From a virus (Duplodnaviria > Caudoviricetes), in IMG/VR virus record IMGVR_UViG_3300007541_000205, positions 1 through 24,694 of that record: DNA of 24,694 nt. The stretch is one strand, 5' to 3'. The stretch's first letter is position 1. The number at the start of each line of letters is the position of its first letter. Of the stretch, positions 18,301 to 24,694 are shown in pieces. The position numbers and the translations under genes are program-made. Under the pieces are notes generated by a model. The model saw only the letters and a program-made list of their open reading frames with translations. It did no database searches and was not told where the DNA came from.

Positions 18301-19084
18301 TGTTAATTCTGGTTTTGGATATACAGCAACAACTAGAATTGATGTTTCAAATCCAATCATAGGAATTGGAACTAATAGAAGTTGGTACAATGTTGGGATT
18401 GGAACTACAGGAGACGTTGGTATTGGTACAACGGCTACGGGTTCAGTTTCTATTGTTGATGGTGCTATTAATAGTGTTAGTGTTGTTAACGCTGGATCTG
18501 GATACACATTTACAAATCCACCACAAGTTATGTTAGATTCTCCACCTTTTGAGTTGGAGTTACTCACTACTGCAAATTCTATAACCGGATTTAATGGTAC
18601 TATTGTTGGTATTGCTACTACTAACGGAGTAGGTTCTACTTTGGCTTTGGAATTTGTCATAAGAACTGAGGGAGATGTCTTTACCGACCTAACAGTAGGA
18701 ACTCCAATTTATGTTTATGATACGCGAATTGGATCTGGGGTAACGTCAATTGAATCTTCTGATACTGATATCATAGGAATATCTACAGAATACTTAAATA
18801 ATGTCTATAAAGTTCATAATATATCTGTTACCAGTCCTACTGCCACGATTAAGTGTAATATTATTGATGATTCAAATCTTTATGGACTTACTGCCACAGG
18901 ATTTTCCACAGATCCTGTTGGAAGATACTCTTTTGGTAAAATTAGTGGTTTTACAAGATCATCTAATCCAATATCAATAGGAGTAACTTCATATACTGTT
19001 AGTGGATTATCAACATATCCAACAATACAACGTAGAGGTAAAACTAGCGGTACTCTTGGAATGAGAAGAACTGGATCCTTGTAA
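6350..19084 (+). CDS. gp7: Baseplate wedge initiator gp7, giant 4244-aa mosaic form
   Basis: Lies between gp6 and gp8. N-terminal Q.PEF......F..FL.QYY and LYKSKGS..SFKILF..LF; internal D.DYYQ.LSY.IKS.....VHP.G; many GxGY and HxLxxGxxVxY repeats. Confidence 0.9.
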   Translation: MIHDSFENRVKIQDLIENQIPEFISSENPKFSEFLKQYYISQEIQGGNVDLVENLIDYLRLDNLNNSTLNQSTTLSADVSSTNIIGGVTSEIFVASTKGFPAKYGLIQIGTEIITYKSKTSTSFVDCVRGFSGITEYKDALKFSSSSVSSHNSGSSVINLSVLFLQEFYTKIKSLILPELQSSDLYSELNVNNFLKNTTSLYKSKGSKESFKILFRALFGITPTIIDLENYIVKSSNAVYLRRIELLVQLLSETGDPSKLVGQQIQKTNNPDVSASVSEVEILSRSGRTYYKIFLYVGNDDSHINYEDLFESTPSTKTIIPILSSDNYDTITVDSTIGFPASGSFLFGTNEIFYTSKSVNQFFGCYTVGYSHVNLNIPTKSIISSKDTYFGYENGDITKKLEFLLLSNISDIIIDNTAENAKHIFSNEDLYVGSLGKLIRNRENIPTEIFSNSLVYNTSVRIKLSSYDKPSASAIVDIELDKSFLKVGDTVEFLERNTEILVPSLSNTTVESINGSQIRFSLSLDSLNDLKTYDIRRKLKTATSSFVPLSFDSITSDVSNLYYEDNNNLYIASNSLPSYQIKNNVIKSTASSLKNYDSIEEKYTTLELTELSSFVTGDKVYYSYTGDPIGGLIEGEYYLSITNYKDIKLYTSTSSIVVDKHIYFSSLPSGSHTFTLVSQKTDDNKLYPAKIFKKISLNHSYLDGGNDEIGSDTVGIIVNGVEILSPKSTDTIYYGPLERVDVINQGSGYDVINPPVLKVEGNAKLQPVVQGGIEKVFVDPVYFDVKEPLVLKVIGGNGKNATLKPVLKNKSREISFNARPIDDGGGLSYDDETITFLTDHNLYDGQKIYYSFDENKNQKIGTSPAYGLNQKTGYLENNQGFHVEVINSKTVKLFTTLNDYNAGINTVGLSTEGNFGIHRFRTEPKKTLDSVVVVNPGEGYTNRKLIVSQSGISTVSDSITFKNHGFSTGELVTYNYETTNIGGLTSSNQYYILKIDSNSFRLCDAGPSGTDSSNYDRQKYVDLTSTGSGYQYFNYPDIQVTVTYQPGQNNQINPITLTPVVKGSIVDTYVYDNGVGYGSTILNVESIPSISVLQGKEASLSAILVNGVIDRVVVFYGGYDFYSVPDLIVESKKGIGAILRAEISNGRITNVVVIDGGRGYSEDDVTIKFSFSGKDYLPYPRIRPLTVDNSFKYGKQYQTRRDPSLDLLYKNINNQLQYVVCGYFDELSKYFNESSNVHSPIIGWAYDGNPIYGPYGYSDPLRPSLVKQLKSSYIESISNVVNRPSGFISGYFIDDYKFDGSGDLDIYNGRWCVTPEYPNGIYAYFASIKINADNEIVGKFPYFVGPKYRSKKIIENNSNKLNQSYDFKNSSLLRNTLPFGPNDQNSIYDFYSSNLDKQITRITSTSKGSVTEIEVIDPGLNYKVGDKLNFKNYSLDNKGFGVTATVTELKGKTIDSLNNESKLYLNAKLYSSTVDGTRISILPNHEIKPNTRIEVTGFTSSFLKLNGTYEARVNNFYSTLVDSIPQYSAGIVTDIKVSSYPNIVSIGSSIKITTNTSSSSYDQYFNILNYYKDYSIIRCKKVGDSGLSTSNSTVHFLPNFIDINYGDSNFKSSTNYKRYFNPQQSVGVGTFTGSQYRRNFYVGNNLVSKDIPIQTIYLPNHGLRTGQKVLFEKPTAGTQLLVQNSPDGSSWNIPETGNQIELYIINKNSNHIGLTTEVGLTTTTNGLYFPSVLNSGSDNNEYSFNTLYTEESCKISQNITTVSISTVHNLKDNDKIELSVVSNQSVGIGTSGYLNVKYFSDTKSLSLRELQFDSSNVSISENTLSIQDHRLNNGDKVYYISTSTPSGITTGVYHVNRLDDNTLRLSETFKDSTVYPYNTLQVTTQGIGTQSIFVLHPEISIIRNNDLVFDVSDSSLQGYQLKFYYDEEFKNEFKSPFIVGVGTVGVTSTARLNLNYDASLPKELYYTIVDSSLSKITSSISNNNNSKIKYSNSIYSNEYDVFDVTDTTYQIYLQENPEINIYTKEDCDILEYTTTSTNANGSVNKITLTDGGNIYSDLPYYYNSDSVNGTGLVVNLSSNNIGKILSKEILNGGFEYPTDPTLLPSLKASKNCYINNSYYLKDVSVISGGSNYPDAPNLVIIDTDTRELIDRGILIPEMSGSGFGNSNISDVAIDNIPYGLPITPVTVVAVDNSNGIRVDRVTSSSSGIMTCILKTPILGFPEDPFAVGDQVYVENIEIIPDSGIGFNSKDHGYVLFDVIGYTAQSDPGEIEIQIPKLYGNPGIAVTFQINTFASIIKKENYPVFKATHEHSSFIDGESILIIESDESLTKTDLIVKDYSQNYVKLFGSTDISKGTKIKGSTSNSIATVYDVSQVSGSYNVSSSRLVEYGWKSDSGKLNYDTQFIADNDYYQNLSYTIKSEKTWEEIKTPVNSLVHPLGTKNFADTQIQDKVTGIVDSVGTHPGAVVETTQIIDTQARVDVIKNYDMVVDYDPTTQASKLLKFNTVQLSDYFGSRSNRVLNIDNISGLFSSSDDENLSNKLTIKVLSSEVSYYKVLVQIKSSPENIQRGINHQQLTEAVLFHDGFETSYISEKTVYTNNEYGYSSYGKLDVESDDLGNYNLLFIPNDPYNYNYEIKVLSSYFGVNSGNSEDFSDLYLGPVFIRGATNYIETDNSDINVLSLETSTYNSFITEVYLYNRTTNISRYVELFGLYDGISSDVILAESSFIANDDDFSIFTGISTFGASINGSNLVLSFDNYENNTFNIKTKTYAFGDSSVGVGTYKFSTYLQDGESVRTVRIDTSVYNTGTNPGISTLREYDGDLFSSIKSLVRVSVGDTVSLHQVATLYDGENVFITEAPLVSTGSSIGHFSSSLDQETIKLEFIRNTEFSNENVNITHLDYSFYEFLDEINDPRELHIGNFVEDQSVAKYFGFNSQEINRLKFPLKYQNTPIFEKSFNPNNNLVLDQSTGIISIEDHFFSTGERLIYRPDSSFIGIGNSSIHIQDSINSSGVTTTVLPEDVFAIRINNNQFKLASNYENAMNGIGVTITYLGEGNAHKLEMYKKNEKSLITINNLVQYPLTYTGIAHSLTNNGGGIGIGNSFFNLTGISSISPIDILKIDDEYMKVLNVGIGTTDGSITYLNGDLNIVEVERGFFGSISSTHTDQSKVDLYKGAYNISGDSIYFAEPPRGNIGDLVTKDERNLLYPRASFSGRVFLKQDYSQNEIYDDISFEFDGKTSEFNLTRLGINTAGFTTTTQGGSGVLFINGILQNPLTNNLTDYYNYSLDQDVQTGITTVRFTGLATDTGIYISDSDVNQNQLPRGGLIVSLGSTSGLGYAPLVGSRVKLNVDEYGTIVNPVVSIARTGKEIGITTAEYDHINGILTIESESSEIYKLRESNSNYVKLVGLGFTCDSQAGIISYFPYTQNEQDPFGVVGLGTNTVSLNVGISTLKHYYVGYGTAFVWLHGLTPGSGYREPLSYVIRDAASEYIHRFVDAEVDSIYTPTNTYEPIFAEYNQKTGDLILSIEDHGLTTSDTVGIKTESIRFTCLSDDHLVPYAYPRSTDPVAGISTEILSYTTNSITVNVGGMGGSGAEIDIVVGAGGTLGFTVSAGGTNYINPVLDIEPPSYENLEMIGVSRLSVGLTTETGTGMTINVDVGPSRVYNDDGTVGIGSTLFEVSSFEVSRYGYGFRRGDVIKPVGLVTAAGLSEPIEEFKLYVLSTYTDNFAAWQFGQMDLMDNIKPYQNGIRKQFPLFYNGDLISFQKDVDNIEESQNIDFNSLLVIFVNGILQDPGIAYEFVGGTTFRFLEAPKPEDVIQVYFYVGTSNVDSSLVLIDETIQPGDQLKVRALNNRLDETKVQNSRMVFDIVSTDVVETNLYFGDGINSEILRPVDWIKQKEDLYINEIFYSKSRESIEAQIYPTAKVIYDFNETDGSIYVDNAELFAYEGDSAVSSDKLDLILVPYQDNDQTGIVTATVSADGTISTFNIVNSGFGYTATTRIDVSNPIIGIGTNRSWYNVGIGTTGDVGIGTTATGSVSIVDGAINSVSVVNAGSGYTFTNPPQVMLDSPPFELELLTTANSITGFNGTIVGIATTNGVGSTLALEFVIRTEGDVFTDLTVGTPIYVYDTRIGSGVTSIESSDTDIIGISTEYLNNVYKVHNISVTSPTATIKCNIIDDSNLYGLTATGFSTDPVGRYSFGKISGFTRSSNPISIGVTSYTVSGLSTYPTIQRRGKTSGTLGMRRTGSL

Positions 19085-19090
19085 AACAAG

Positions 19091-19098
19091 TATAAATA
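19091..19098 (+). promoter_or_regulatory. T4 late promoter TATAAATA
   Basis: Perfect consensus in the 33-bp gap between gp7 and gp8. Confidence 0.85.
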
Positions 19099-19117
19099 GT
19101 AAAAAAAATGGTTTAAA

Positions 19118-20692
19118 ATGTCTGCTTTTGTAACGGATCAATTTAGAATTTTAAATACCAATAATTTTATTGATTCTATTACTAATGAAACTGATTATTA
19201 TTATGTTTTTGTTGGATTGTCTAATCCAAAAGGGTCTCTAATAGGAAGAAACCCTAATTGGGAGGGTGCCGATGGGGTTTTACCTGGGGACGCAGTTGTC
19301 CCCGATCCTGTAGATAATTATGACTATCTTACACATTATGGTGATTTAATTCAATATGGTAAAAGAGTAATACCTCAAAATGTAAGAAGATGTATTAGAA
19401 AAATTGAATGGAAACAAGGTACAAAATATGATATGTACCGACATGATTATAGTGCTACAAATAGAAGTGTGGTTACTGACCGAGCAAGAATTTATGATAC
19501 CAATTACTATGTGATTAATAGTTTATATCAAGTCTATATTTGCATAAGTAACGGATCTAGTGGTACTAATCCAACAGGAAAAGAATCTCAAGATGAACCA
19601 ACATTTACAGATTTAGAACCCTCAAAAGCAGGTGCTAGTGGAGATGGTTATATTTGGAAATATTTGTTTACTGTACCACCAACAGACATTATAAAATTTG
19701 ATTCAATTGAATTTATACCTTTACCAAATGATTGGAGTACTTCAACAAGTACACAAATTGCAAATGTTAGGAATAATGGAAATTCTGATGTAAATAATAA
19801 TCAAATAAAATTTGTTTACATTGATAATTCCGGAAGTGGTGGTTATTCCGATGGTGAAGTTGATATACTGGGTGATGGATCTGGAGCTAGAGTATTCATA
19901 AACACTGATGACAATGGAAAAATTACAAATACTACTGTGACCACTGGTGGGTCTGGATATACTTATGGAATTGTCGATTTAGGACCACTTCAACAAACAC
20001 AAAATTTCACTCAACCAGCAAAATTAATTCCAATAATTCCACCATCTAAGGGACATGGATATGATTTATACAGAGAACTTGGTTCGGATAAAGTTTTAGT
20101 TTATAGTAGATTTGATTCTTCAACGAAGGACTTCCCATCCGATTGTAAGTTTGCACAAATTGGGATAGTAAGAAATCCTTTAAGTTTTATATCTGATAAT
20201 ACATACACAAATTCAACTTTCTCTGGATTATATTCTCTTAAAGTTACTCTTGGCAGTTCAACTGTACCGGTAGTTGGCGAATTGATGCAACAACAAGTGA
20301 CTGGTGGATATGCCTATGGTTATGTTGCCTCATTTGATAGAGAAACATCAATCTTAAAATATTTTAAAGATAGATCATTAGTTTATAACACCAGCACTGC
20401 AGATCAAACAGATTATGTTGGTATTTCTACTTTCTCAAAAAATTTAGAATTCTCTGGTACCAATATAATTTCGGGAGCAGGTGGATTTACTGCTACTATT
20501 GATACGTCATTTAATGCATCAACATTAACTATAAACAATAAAATAATTAATCTAGATTCTAGTTTTATAAGTGGAGCATCAAGTCCTGAAATAAATAAAA
20601 CATCTGGAGATATTATCTTTATCGATAATAGACCTTTAGTAACAAGAAGCTCTAGACAAAAAGAAGATATTAAAATCATTCTAGAATTTTAA
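19118..20692 (+). CDS. gp8: Baseplate wedge subunit gp8
   Basis: MSA.VTDQFRI.N, W..G..YDMYRHDY, YQVYICISN, DGYIWKYLFT motifs and C-terminal R...QKEDIKIILEF. Confidence 0.95.
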   Translation: MSAFVTDQFRILNTNNFIDSITNETDYYYVFVGLSNPKGSLIGRNPNWEGADGVLPGDAVVPDPVDNYDYLTHYGDLIQYGKRVIPQNVRRCIRKIEWKQGTKYDMYRHDYSATNRSVVTDRARIYDTNYYVINSLYQVYICISNGSSGTNPTGKESQDEPTFTDLEPSKAGASGDGYIWKYLFTVPPTDIIKFDSIEFIPLPNDWSTSTSTQIANVRNNGNSDVNNNQIKFVYIDNSGSGGYSDGEVDILGDGSGARVFINTDDNGKITNTTVTTGGSGYTYGIVDLGPLQQTQNFTQPAKLIPIIPPSKGHGYDLYRELGSDKVLVYSRFDSSTKDFPSDCKFAQIGIVRNPLSFISDNTYTNSTFSGLYSLKVTLGSSTVPVVGELMQQQVTGGYAYGYVASFDRETSILKYFKDRSLVYNTSTADQTDYVGISTFSKNLEFSGTNIISGAGGFTATIDTSFNASTLTINNKIINLDSSFISGASSPEINKTSGDIIFIDNRPLVTRSSRQKEDIKIILEF

Positions 20693-20695
20693 AAA

Positions 20696-23600
20696 ATGGC
20701 ACAAAAAACAAATCTCAACATCAATCCATATTTTGATGATTTTAATGCGGACAAAAATTATTACAAGGTTCTTTTTAATCCGGGAAGACCTATACAGTCT
20801 AGAGAATTAAATACAATTCAATCTATTCTACAAAATCAGATTGAATCTTTTGGTAGTCATATTTTTAAAGAAGGATCTATGGTAATTCCTGGCGGAATTC
20901 ACTATGATTCATCATTTCATGCAGTAAAGGTAAATACAACTTCTTTTGGTGTAGATATTAACCAATATATCGAAAAATATGTTGGTAAGAAAATAACAGG
21001 ACAATCTTCTGGTGTAACGGCAGTAGTTAAGAAAGTGGTACTGCCAAATGAACAGATAAATGAGACTACATTATATGTAAAATATTTAACTTCAGGTTCT
21101 AATTTTGATTTTACAACATTTTTAGATGGAGAATCTTTATCATCCACAGAAACTATTACATATGGAATCAATAATACCATAATATCTGATGGTACACCAT
21201 TTGCATCTTTAGTATCATCAAATGCTATCGAAATTGGAAGTTCTGTATCTATTGAGAATGGTATTTATTTTGTAAGGGGATGTTTTGCCTCTGTAGAAAA
21301 ACAAACTTTAATATTAGATTATTATACAAATATATCTTCTTATAGAGTTGGACTAAGTGTTTTAGAGGAAATTGTTACTGCAAAAGATGATTCTACACTT
21401 TATGATAATGCTAGTGGATTTAATAATTTTTCATCGCCTGGAGCAGATAGATTTAGAATTAAGTTAGTTTTATCAAAAAAATCCTTAACTGATTTTAATG
21501 ATACTAACTTTATAGAATTACTTCGTGTAGAAAACGGAGTACTTAGAAAATTAGAAACGAAGACTGATTATAACTTAATCAAAGATTATTTAGCTAAAAG
21601 AACCTATGATGAATCCGGAAATTATACTACAAATAACTTTAGCGTATCTTTAAATTCTTCTTTAAATAATTTACTCGGCAATAATGGAAAATATTATGAT
21701 GGAGATGTAACTACTCAAGGAAATACACCATCTGACGATTTGATGTGTGTTACTGTTGGACCAGGAAAAGCTTATGTTAAAGGTTATGATATTCAAAAAA
21801 ATGTAGGTACAGTACTTGATGTTGAAAAACCAAGAGATACTGAAGAAATTGATAGTGTTCTTGTCCCATTTGATATGGGAAATGTTCTCAAAGTAAATAA
21901 CGTATTTGGATCAGCAGTACTAAAATCTACGGTATCATTTTACACAAGGAGAAGAGGATCTTCAAATCTACCAAGTGGTGATTTAATTGGTAATGCTAGA
22001 GTTTATCTATTTAAATTATCCGATTCTGCATACACGGGAGAAAAATCAATTTGGGATTTGTATCTTTATGATATCAGAATGTACACAGCACTTACTCTGG
22101 GTACCACTTTATCATCCAGTGAAATCAAATCTGGTTCAAGGGTCGTTGGTCAATCTAGTGGTGCAAGTGGATATGCTGTTAGTGATGGTGCTGGAATAAG
22201 TACAATATATGTCAGACAAGAATCCGGAACATTTTTACAAAATGAAACTATAATTATTGATGGAATTGATGCAAACCACAGAAGCATTGTTTCTGTAAAA
22301 ACATATAGTACAAATGATATTAAATGTGTATATAATTCAGATTATGCAACAACTTTCATAGCAGATGCGGTATTGGACAAAGTCCTTGTACCAGGATTTA
22401 ATGCCTTTGATACTGTGACTGTCGCAGTTGGTGGACAGGGTAGTTCACTAGTTGCATCCAAACCCTTATCAGGAATAACTACAGATACTATAATTGCATA
22501 TAGAAAACCAGGAGATATACTAGATACTTATAATAGAGTTTTATCCGTCGGCGCAAACTCACTAACTCTTGCAACTACTGTAGCAACAACTGATGTAAAT
22601 ATTGGAACTTTGAGTGCTGCAGAAACTGAAGTTGGATTTAGAATAGCTAGATCATCCATAAAAAATCCAGAAAAAGGATATCTATATGCAATTCTCCCTA
22701 ATAGTAATATTGCATCTACAAGGTTGAGTGCTTCTGAATACAGTTTTTCTTCTCAAGCACTGTTAAGTATCACCCAAAGTACTTCAGAATTAACATTATC
22801 TACTTCTAATTTTGATCTTCCTGCAGATAGTACATCAGTTAGATTCAATACCTTTTTACCAGAGAGATATTCCATTCACTATAGTGATGGAACTATTGAA
22901 CCATTAACCTCTGATCAAGTTGTTTTTAATTCACAATATACTAGTGTAACTTTTTACAATATCTCAAATAGCAAGACTGTTAGTGTAGTCAATGGATCAT
23001 TTATAAAATCTGGAATACAAAGTAAAGCAAAAGTTCTTAAAAAGAGTAATATTTTAGATATATCTTTATCTAAGTATGAAGGCTCGGGATCAGATGCCAA
23101 TAGTAGTAGAAATGATGGACTCACATATAACAGATATTATGGACTTAGAGTGCAAGATGAAGAAATATGTTTAAGAAATCCTGACGTATCAAAAATTATT
23201 GCCATATATGAAGAAGTTTCAAATGGAATTATCTTTGATAAATTAACATTTTCTTCGACTTACGGTATACAAAGTAATGCAATTATTGGTGAAAATATTA
23301 TTGGTGAGTCATCTCGATCAGTTGCAAGAATTGTTGGGAAATCTGGAGACACAGTTGAATTTGTGTATTTAAATGGATCTAAATTTGCTCTTGGTGAAGT
23401 AATTAAATTCGAAGATTCTAATATTAATGCCGAATTAGAGTCAATCACATTTGGTTCATATAAAAATGTTACTTCTGGTTTTAGATTAAATAAAGGACAA
23501 AAGGATGAGTATTATGACTATTCATCTATAGTGAGAAATAAAAATTATCCGGAACCATCTAGAAAGTTAAAGGTAGTATATGATTATTATAATGTATCTT

Positions 23601-24694
23601 CTCAAGATAATGGTGATGTGTATACTGTGTCTAGTTATACTGAAGAAAATTACGGATTTGATGTGCCAAGGATTGGAAAATATAATATTAGAGCATCTGA
23701 TATTTTAGATTTTAGACCAAGAGTATCAGAATTTACAGGATCTTCTTCATCACCTTTTGATTATGCATCAAGAACTTTCAGTACTTCACTAAAAGTATTC
23801 CCAACACCAAATGAAGCTTCTCTGATTTCATATAATGTATATTTGGCAAGGATTGATACTTTATATCTAGACTATAATGGGAGTTTTGCCTTAGAAAAAG
23901 GTACATCATCATTAAGTCCAAAGAGACCAAGAAAGGGATCGGATTTTCTAGAGGTGGCATCAATTATATTACCACCATATCTTTATGATACCTCTGATGC
24001 TGTTATTCAGATGGTTGATAATAAAAGATTTACTATGAGAGACATAGGTTCTATAGAAAATAGAATCGAAAAACTTGAAAGGGTAACATCACTATCATTG
24101 TTGGAGTTAAGCACACAGGCATTCCAAATTAAAGATTCTGATGGTCTTGATAGATTTAAAACTGGATTTTTCGCAGACTCTTTCAACGACAATTCTTTAA
24201 TAAATGACAAATCTTTATGTCAAGTCAATGAAGACGGTGAAATGACGCCCATAATTAGTGAGTATACTATCTTTAATAAACCACTAACTGAACAAAATAT
24301 TATATCATCTGACTATGACAGTACAACTAATTATAAATTATTAGATCCTAGAGTAAGAATAAACAGAAATGTTGTAACTCTTGATTATACTAATAGTAAT
24401 TGGATTGAACAAAATTTTGCAACTAGAATTGAAAATGTAAACCCATTCCACGTTATTCAATATGTTGGTGATATTAGATTAAATCCATTCAGAGATATTT
24501 GGACTAGAACTGAAAAGTTAGCTGATGAGACAATTAGACACTCATTATCGTTAAATCTTCGATCATCTGTTAATACTTTAGATCTTAATTTGGTTAACCA
24601 AGGTGGTGCCCAAGCAGGAAATCAAGGTTTAGGTGAAAATGAAGTTAGAGATACATTCTTAAATTTAAATCTATCATCTCCACAAATCACACAG
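20696..24694 (+). CDS. vrlC: VrlC-like / DUF4815 large virion structural protein (partial, runs off the window)
   Basis: ATG 20696 reads MAQKTNLNINPYFDDF..DKNYYKVLF.PG..IQSRELN..QS.LQNQIE.FG, later PGADR, LAKRTYDESGNY, DFRPRV and DRFKTGFFAD. It is absent from the track, consistent with being open to the window end (1333 codons). Confidence 0.9.
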   Translation, partial: MAQKTNLNINPYFDDFNADKNYYKVLFNPGRPIQSRELNTIQSILQNQIESFGSHIFKEGSMVIPGGIHYDSSFHAVKVNTTSFGVDINQYIEKYVGKKITGQSSGVTAVVKKVVLPNEQINETTLYVKYLTSGSNFDFTTFLDGESLSSTETITYGINNTIISDGTPFASLVSSNAIEIGSSVSIENGIYFVRGCFASVEKQTLILDYYTNISSYRVGLSVLEEIVTAKDDSTLYDNASGFNNFSSPGADRFRIKLVLSKKSLTDFNDTNFIELLRVENGVLRKLETKTDYNLIKDYLAKRTYDESGNYTTNNFSVSLNSSLNNLLGNNGKYYDGDVTTQGNTPSDDLMCVTVGPGKAYVKGYDIQKNVGTVLDVEKPRDTEEIDSVLVPFDMGNVLKVNNVFGSAVLKSTVSFYTRRRGSSNLPSGDLIGNARVYLFKLSDSAYTGEKSIWDLYLYDIRMYTALTLGTTLSSSEIKSGSRVVGQSSGASGYAVSDGAGISTIYVRQESGTFLQNETIIIDGIDANHRSIVSVKTYSTNDIKCVYNSDYATTFIADAVLDKVLVPGFNAFDTVTVAVGGQGSSLVASKPLSGITTDTIIAYRKPGDILDTYNRVLSVGANSLTLATTVATTDVNIGTLSAAETEVGFRIARSSIKNPEKGYLYAILPNSNIASTRLSASEYSFSSQALLSITQSTSELTLSTSNFDLPADSTSVRFNTFLPERYSIHYSDGTIEPLTSDQVVFNSQYTSVTFYNISNSKTVSVVNGSFIKSGIQSKAKVLKKSNILDISLSKYEGSGSDANSSRNDGLTYNRYYGLRVQDEEICLRNPDVSKIIAIYEEVSNGIIFDKLTFSSTYGIQSNAIIGENIIGESSRSVARIVGKSGDTVEFVYLNGSKFALGEVIKFEDSNINAELESITFGSYKNVTSGFRLNKGQKDEYYDYSSIVRNKNYPEPSRKLKVVYDYYNVSSQDNGDVYTVSSYTEENYGFDVPRIGKYNIRASDILDFRPRVSEFTGSSSSPFDYASRTFSTSLKVFPTPNEASLISYNVYLARIDTLYLDYNGSFALEKGTSSLSPKRPRKGSDFLEVASIILPPYLYDTSDAVIQMVDNKRFTMRDIGSIENRIEKLERVTSLSLLELSTQAFQIKDSDGLDRFKTGFFADSFNDNSLINDKSLCQVNEDGEMTPIISEYTIFNKPLTEQNIISSDYDSTTNYKLLDPRVRINRNVVTLDYTNSNWIEQNFATRIENVNPFHVIQYVGDIRLNPFRDIWTRTEKLADETIRHSLSLNLRSSVNTLDLNLVNQGGAQAGNQGLGENEVRDTFLNLNLSSPQITQ

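Noticed and set aside
6350-19084. Intein, intron or homing endonuclease explaining gp7 length
   Set aside because: The ORF is uninterrupted. I saw no intein splice blocks or LAGLIDADG/HNH motifs, and repeat modules explain the length.
4575-24210. Short antisense or out-of-frame ORFs within gp6, gp7, gp8 and vrlC
   Set aside because: Expected shadows of long ORFs with biased codon usage, with no recognisable motifs.

Overview
This is a fragment of a T4-like cyanomyovirus genome (Kyanoviridae-type), with all credible genes on the + strand. Bases 1 to ~2050 are a relatively GC-rich accessory region. It holds tiny hypothetical ORFs with sigma70-like promoters, leader stem-loops and terminators, plus two structured non-coding stretches (~831-1160 and ~1877-2130). 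Bases 2135-3990 hold a small-gene block: an AbrB/MazE-like protein, a GT-A glycosyltransferase-like protein, a basic KKYRGQG peptide and several hypotheticals. From 4026 to the end is the AT-rich baseplate module: gp25, gp6, a 4244-aa gp7, gp8 and a partial VrlC/DUF4815 protein, with T4 late promoters. The most interesting signal is a candidate RNA regulatory system. The leaders of the first two early genes fold into hairpins with an ACCAC loop. A non-coding element at 840-980 carries a third ACCAC-loop hairpin and a 35-bp hairpin whose loop (GGUCAGUGGUGUGG) is complementary to those leaders. All family assignments come from motif recognition by eye; no searches were run.
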